From Bryobacterales bacterium (GTDB lineage Bacteria > Acidobacteriota > Terriglobia > Bryobacterales > UBA6623), in assembly GCA_963422375.2 (NCBI GenBank), contig OY729427.2, positions 1 to 64,000 of the forward strand: 64,000 nt of DNA, written 5' to 3'. Every line of letters begins with the position of its first letter. Positions within the stretch are counted from its first letter, which is position 1. Under the pieces are notes generated by a model that did no database searches, was not told the origin of the DNA, and saw nothing but the letters and a program-made list of their open reading frames with translations. This document shows, in pieces, positions 60,780 through 64,000 of the stretch. The position numbers and the translations under genes were made by a program.

Positions 60780-62105
60780 CTAGATGCGTTCCAAGCGCGT
60801 GTCGGAGTCCCCGAAGCGGTCGAGTCGCACGCCCATCCTGTCCATGAGCGACAGGTATAGGCTGCACATCTTGCGACTCTCGTCCGACTCGTCCAAGTAG
60901 CTCAGCGTCCGGCCCGTCTCGAGTGCCCCGCCCATCCCGCCGGCCAGCACCACCGGGAGCCGCGAGTTGTCGTGCAGGCGCCCTATCCACATGTTCGAGA
61001 GGAACATCAGGCACGAGTTGTCCAGCACGGTCCCCTCGCCTTCGGGCATCCGGTCCAGCTTCGCCGCGAGATAGGCGAACTGGCCGAGGTGGAAGCGCGT
61101 GATGCGCTCGTATCCCGGCGAGAGGTTGTCGTGCGACGCCGCGTGATGCCCCTTCCGGACCTCTAGGAACGGATAGTAGAGCGCGGAGAGATCGCGTGCC
61201 AGGATCAGCGACGCGACCCGCGTGCGGTCCGTCTGCAGGGCGATGGCGACGATGTCGCACATCAGCCGGGCATGGTCGCGCAAGTCTTCAGGCAGGCCCT
61301 CCGGTGGCCGATCCATGCTCGCGGTGTGCTGGTCCCGCGGAGCGTCCAGGGCCTTGTCCGCCCCCTTCCTCAGCGCCGCAACCCGCTGCTCCACCTCGCG
61401 CACGCTAGTGAGATACTCGTCCAGCTTCGCCTTGTCGTCCGAGCTGACCCGCTTGCTCAGGGCCTCGGCGCGGTCCTTCGCCCGGTCAAGGACGCTGATG
61501 TTGCGCAGGCTGCCGCGGTTCTCGAAGAGGTTGTCGAACGCGAGGGCCGGATACACCTCCACGGGCACCGGCGAGTCCGCTGTGCGCCACGAGATGTGCG
61601 AGCTGTAGGCCATCGAGAAGTTGGTCTCGTGGTACCCGGTCATCGGCTGCTCGCAGGCGAGCACCAAGCTGGACAGCGGAGTGTCCGTACCGACTTGGCC
61701 GGCGATCATTTGATCAACGGAGACGCCGGACTTGATAATCGCTCCCTTCTTGATCTCCGCGCCTGAAAGCAGGCTGCCGGTCTGCGCCGGATGGATCCCT
61801 TGGCCTGTCGCGGCCTTGTTGAACAGCCCGTCGATGACATTGATCTTGTGCTTGAGCGGTTCGAGCACCGACAGGGTCTTGGACAGGCTCATGGCGGGGC
61901 CGTCGCCCTCCGCGCTCCAATGGTCCTCGTTGACCCCGTTGCCCATGAAGACTACCCCGAAGCGCTGCGGGAACGCCGCCTGCGACGAGCCGTTGCCGAA
62001 CGCCGGGAAGGACTCTAGCCATGGCAAGGCGATGCTGACTCCCGCGCCGCGCAGGACGGTGCGCCGCGAGACGCGGCGCGAGGGTCGCTGCTGGAACTCT
62101 GTCAT
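60780..62105 (-). CDS. DUF1552 family protein
   Basis: SRRTVLRGAGVSIALPWLES, SVDQ, SHISW, YLTSVREVE, EGEGTVLDNS. Confidence 0.9.
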   Translation of the reverse strand: MTEFQQRPSRRVSRRTVLRGAGVSIALPWLESFPAFGNGSSQAAFPQRFGVVFMGNGVNEDHWSAEGDGPAMSLSKTLSVLEPLKHKINVIDGLFNKAATGQGIHPAQTGSLLSGAEIKKGAIIKSGVSVDQMIAGQVGTDTPLSSLVLACEQPMTGYHETNFSMAYSSHISWRTADSPVPVEVYPALAFDNLFENRGSLRNISVLDRAKDRAEALSKRVSSDDKAKLDEYLTSVREVEQRVAALRKGADKALDAPRDQHTASMDRPPEGLPEDLRDHARLMCDIVAIALQTDRTRVASLILARDLSALYYPFLEVRKGHHAASHDNLSPGYERITRFHLGQFAYLAAKLDRMPEGEGTVLDNSCLMFLSNMWIGRLHDNSRLPVVLAGGMGGALETGRTLSYLDESDESRKMCSLYLSLMDRMGVRLDRFGDSDTRLERI

Positions 62106-62116
62106 TTGCGGTCTCC

Positions 62117-64000
62117 TTAGCCCGGTCGCAACGGGTGCTCGCGCCGGTTCAGGAATTGCGGGCTTGCGACGACCGTCTCGACCAAGGCCGCGACGCGGTG
62201 CCCGCTCGCGGCCAGATTCGCCTTCATCCGCTCGATGAGAGGCTCGTCGGACAGTTTCAGGGACCGACTCAAGGCGAAAGCCAACAGCTTCCTGCTTAGA
62301 TTGTCGAGAAAGTCGCCCTCCCGACGCTCCCGGATGTAGCGTAGCACCCCGGCCAAGCCCGCCCCCGTGGATCCGTCGGGAAACACCGCCGCCGTGTCGA
62401 CGGGGCGGCCCGCCAAGTCCTCGGAACGGGTCTCGCCAACCGGACCGTAGGCCTCGAATGCCAGTCCGAACGAATCGAACCGGGAGTGGCACGAGCTGCA
62501 GGCCGGGCTTGCCCGGTGCCTCGCTAGCATGTCCCGCAGTGGCGCCTCCGACTTCGACTCGTCTTCCGGGAGTTCCGGCACCTCTGGAGGAGGCGGGGGA
62601 ATCGTCTCGCCCAGCACCCGGCGCACTAGCCAGTAGCCCCGCTGCACGGGGCTGGTACGCAGCCCGGGAGAGTTTTTGGTCAGGAAGACCGACATCGGCA
62701 GCAGACCGCCGCGCCCGAAGCGGCGCGCGTCGTCGATCCGCATCCAGCGGCCCGCGCCGCCTTGCGCGCCTGGCATTCCGTAGTGCCTCGCCAAGACCGC
62801 ATCAACGAAGGTGTGCTTGCCGTAAAGCAGGTCAAGCACGGTGCCGTTGTTTCGAATCATGTCCGTGACGAAACGGACCGGCTCCTCGAACATCGAGCGG
62901 CGGAGGTCGTGGTCGAAGCTGGGAAACCGCTGGCGGTCTACTGCGTTGTGCTGCTCGAACCGGCGGAAGTCAAGCCAGGGGCCGGCAAACTCCGTCGCAA
63001 GTCCTCGCGCCCGATCATCGCGCAACATTCGCCGGACCTCGCCCACTAGGACCGCGGTGCTCTGCAGCGCTCCGGCACGGGCCTGCGCGAGCAGCCGGTC
63101 GTCCGGCATGCTGGACCACAGGAAATAGCTGAGCCGACTCGCAAGCGCGTAGGCAGACAGCGGCCGGGCGTTGCTCGGAGACCTGTCGCTCGACAAACTC
63201 CGGGTCCCGGAGAAGTCGTCCAGCAGGTCCATGCGGTAGCAGAAGTCGGGCGCCATCAGCACGCTGACAACCGAGTCGCGGATAGCCTCCTCGTGGGTGA
63301 GTCCATTCTGCTCGATCAGGTCGCGGTAGTAGCCAAGCAGGCCGTCCCGCTCGGAATCGGCCAGCGGCCGCCGATAGGCGCGCTCCGCGAACTCGAGCAG
63401 GGCCTCGCGGTGGCGGGGCTTGGCGTCCGCGCGCATCCGCTCCACGGCTCGCATCGCCTTGTCCATCTGCTGGAAGTGATGGCGGATCGCCTCCGGCGCC
63501 GCAGGATCGCTGGTTTCGTCAGCGCGGACCTTGGCGAGATAGGCGTCCATTAGGTCGGCCACGACGGGCGAGGCGCTGACTTCCTCGTCGGAAGGGCGTT
63601 CGGTACCGGACTCGCGCCCCTTTCCTTGAACTTCGCCGCTTTGGTTGAAGTAGTACTGGATCCACGTCCTCTTGGTGAAGTCGGCGATGAAGTCGAACTC
63701 GTCCCAGAGACGGTCCAGCTCGGCCTTATCGCGGTCGTCGAGGATCATCTGCACTAGCGGCGTGTCGTCGCGGAAGAACCCCATGACGTTGTGGAAACCC
63801 GCGCTAAGCAGTCGCCCTTTGTCCTCGGAGACATCCGGATAAAAGCGCCCGCGCTCGCGAATGTAGAAGGTGTCGGGAAAGACGGAGCTGAAACGCGCGA
63901 AAGCCGCTTCGTAGCGCTCGCGCTGTCCGTCGGGAACCACCAGTTCCGCGGCGGCGGCCCTAGCCTGGAGGGCGAGCGCCGCCCCACGGGCCTCGGCGTT
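62117..64000 (-). CDS. DUF1592/DUF1588/DUF1585-domain protein; 5' end outside window
   Basis: AERAYRRP, LASRLSYFLWSSMPD, RTSPVQRG, CSSCH. Confidence 0.9.
   Translation of the reverse strand, partial: NAEARGAALALQARAAAAELVVPDGQRERYEAAFARFSSVFPDTFYIRERGRFYPDVSEDKGRLLSAGFHNVMGFFRDDTPLVQMILDDRDKAELDRLWDEFDFIADFTKRTWIQYYFNQSGEVQGKGRESGTERPSDEEVSASPVVADLMDAYLAKVRADETSDPAAPEAIRHHFQQMDKAMRAVERMRADAKPRHREALLEFAERAYRRPLADSERDGLLGYYRDLIEQNGLTHEEAIRDSVVSVLMAPDFCYRMDLLDDFSGTRSLSSDRSPSNARPLSAYALASRLSYFLWSSMPDDRLLAQARAGALQSTAVLVGEVRRMLRDDRARGLATEFAGPWLDFRRFEQHNAVDRQRFPSFDHDLRRSMFEEPVRFVTDMIRNNGTVLDLLYGKHTFVDAVLARHYGMPGAQGGAGRWMRIDDARRFGRGGLLPMSVFLTKNSPGLRTSPVQRGYWLVRRVLGETIPPPPPEVPELPEDESKSEAPLRDMLARHRASPACSSCHSRFDSFGLAFEAYGPVGETRSEDLAGRPVDTAAVFPDGSTGAGLAGVLRYIRERREGDFLDNLSRKLLAFALSRSLKLSDEPLIERMKANLAASGHRVAALVETVVASPQFLNRREHPLRPG

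Noticed and set aside
1..64000. tRNA or rRNA genes
   Set aside because: None recognised by eye.

Overview
GC-rich bacterial DNA. The host is probably Acidobacteriota (Bryobacterales-like), inferred from acidobacterial-type TonB receptors, a Solibacter-type C-terminal motif, NHL and cadherin repeats, a sulfatase, a PQQ/cytochrome c pair and a DUF1552/DUF1592 pair. It may be a host-associated marine lineage. (1) 1-21.3 kb is one tightly packed, apparently intact minus-strand operon for an HK97-like siphovirus particle: HNH, terS, terL, portal, protease, capsid, connectors, tail tube, frameshifting chaperone, tape measure, Dit, hub, NlpC-like protein and a repeat-rich tail tip running off the left edge. 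A lysis-type cassette sits inside the head-tail joining genes. No integrase, repressor or replication gene lies upstream: about 1 kb of non-coding DNA with operator-like and integrase-arm-like repeats leads straight into host pseudogenes. This makes it a candidate gene-transfer-agent-like (domesticated) element, or a cryptic prophage. (2) 22-47 kb holds host genes, an RqlH/RqlI-like RecQ-PRTase + DprA pair and many pseudogenes. (3) 47.9-56.4 kb is an 8.5-kb composite transposon. It is bounded by inverted copies of a DDE IS, carries a nested IS1595 and a Uma2 endonuclease, and splits a heme-binding dehydrogenase gene. All four copies of this IS share one 10-nt frameshifting duplication and show AT-to-GC-skewed decay. 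(4) 57-64 kb holds a decayed C5-methyltransferase locus and host genes. All family assignments come from motif recognition by eye; no database searches were run.
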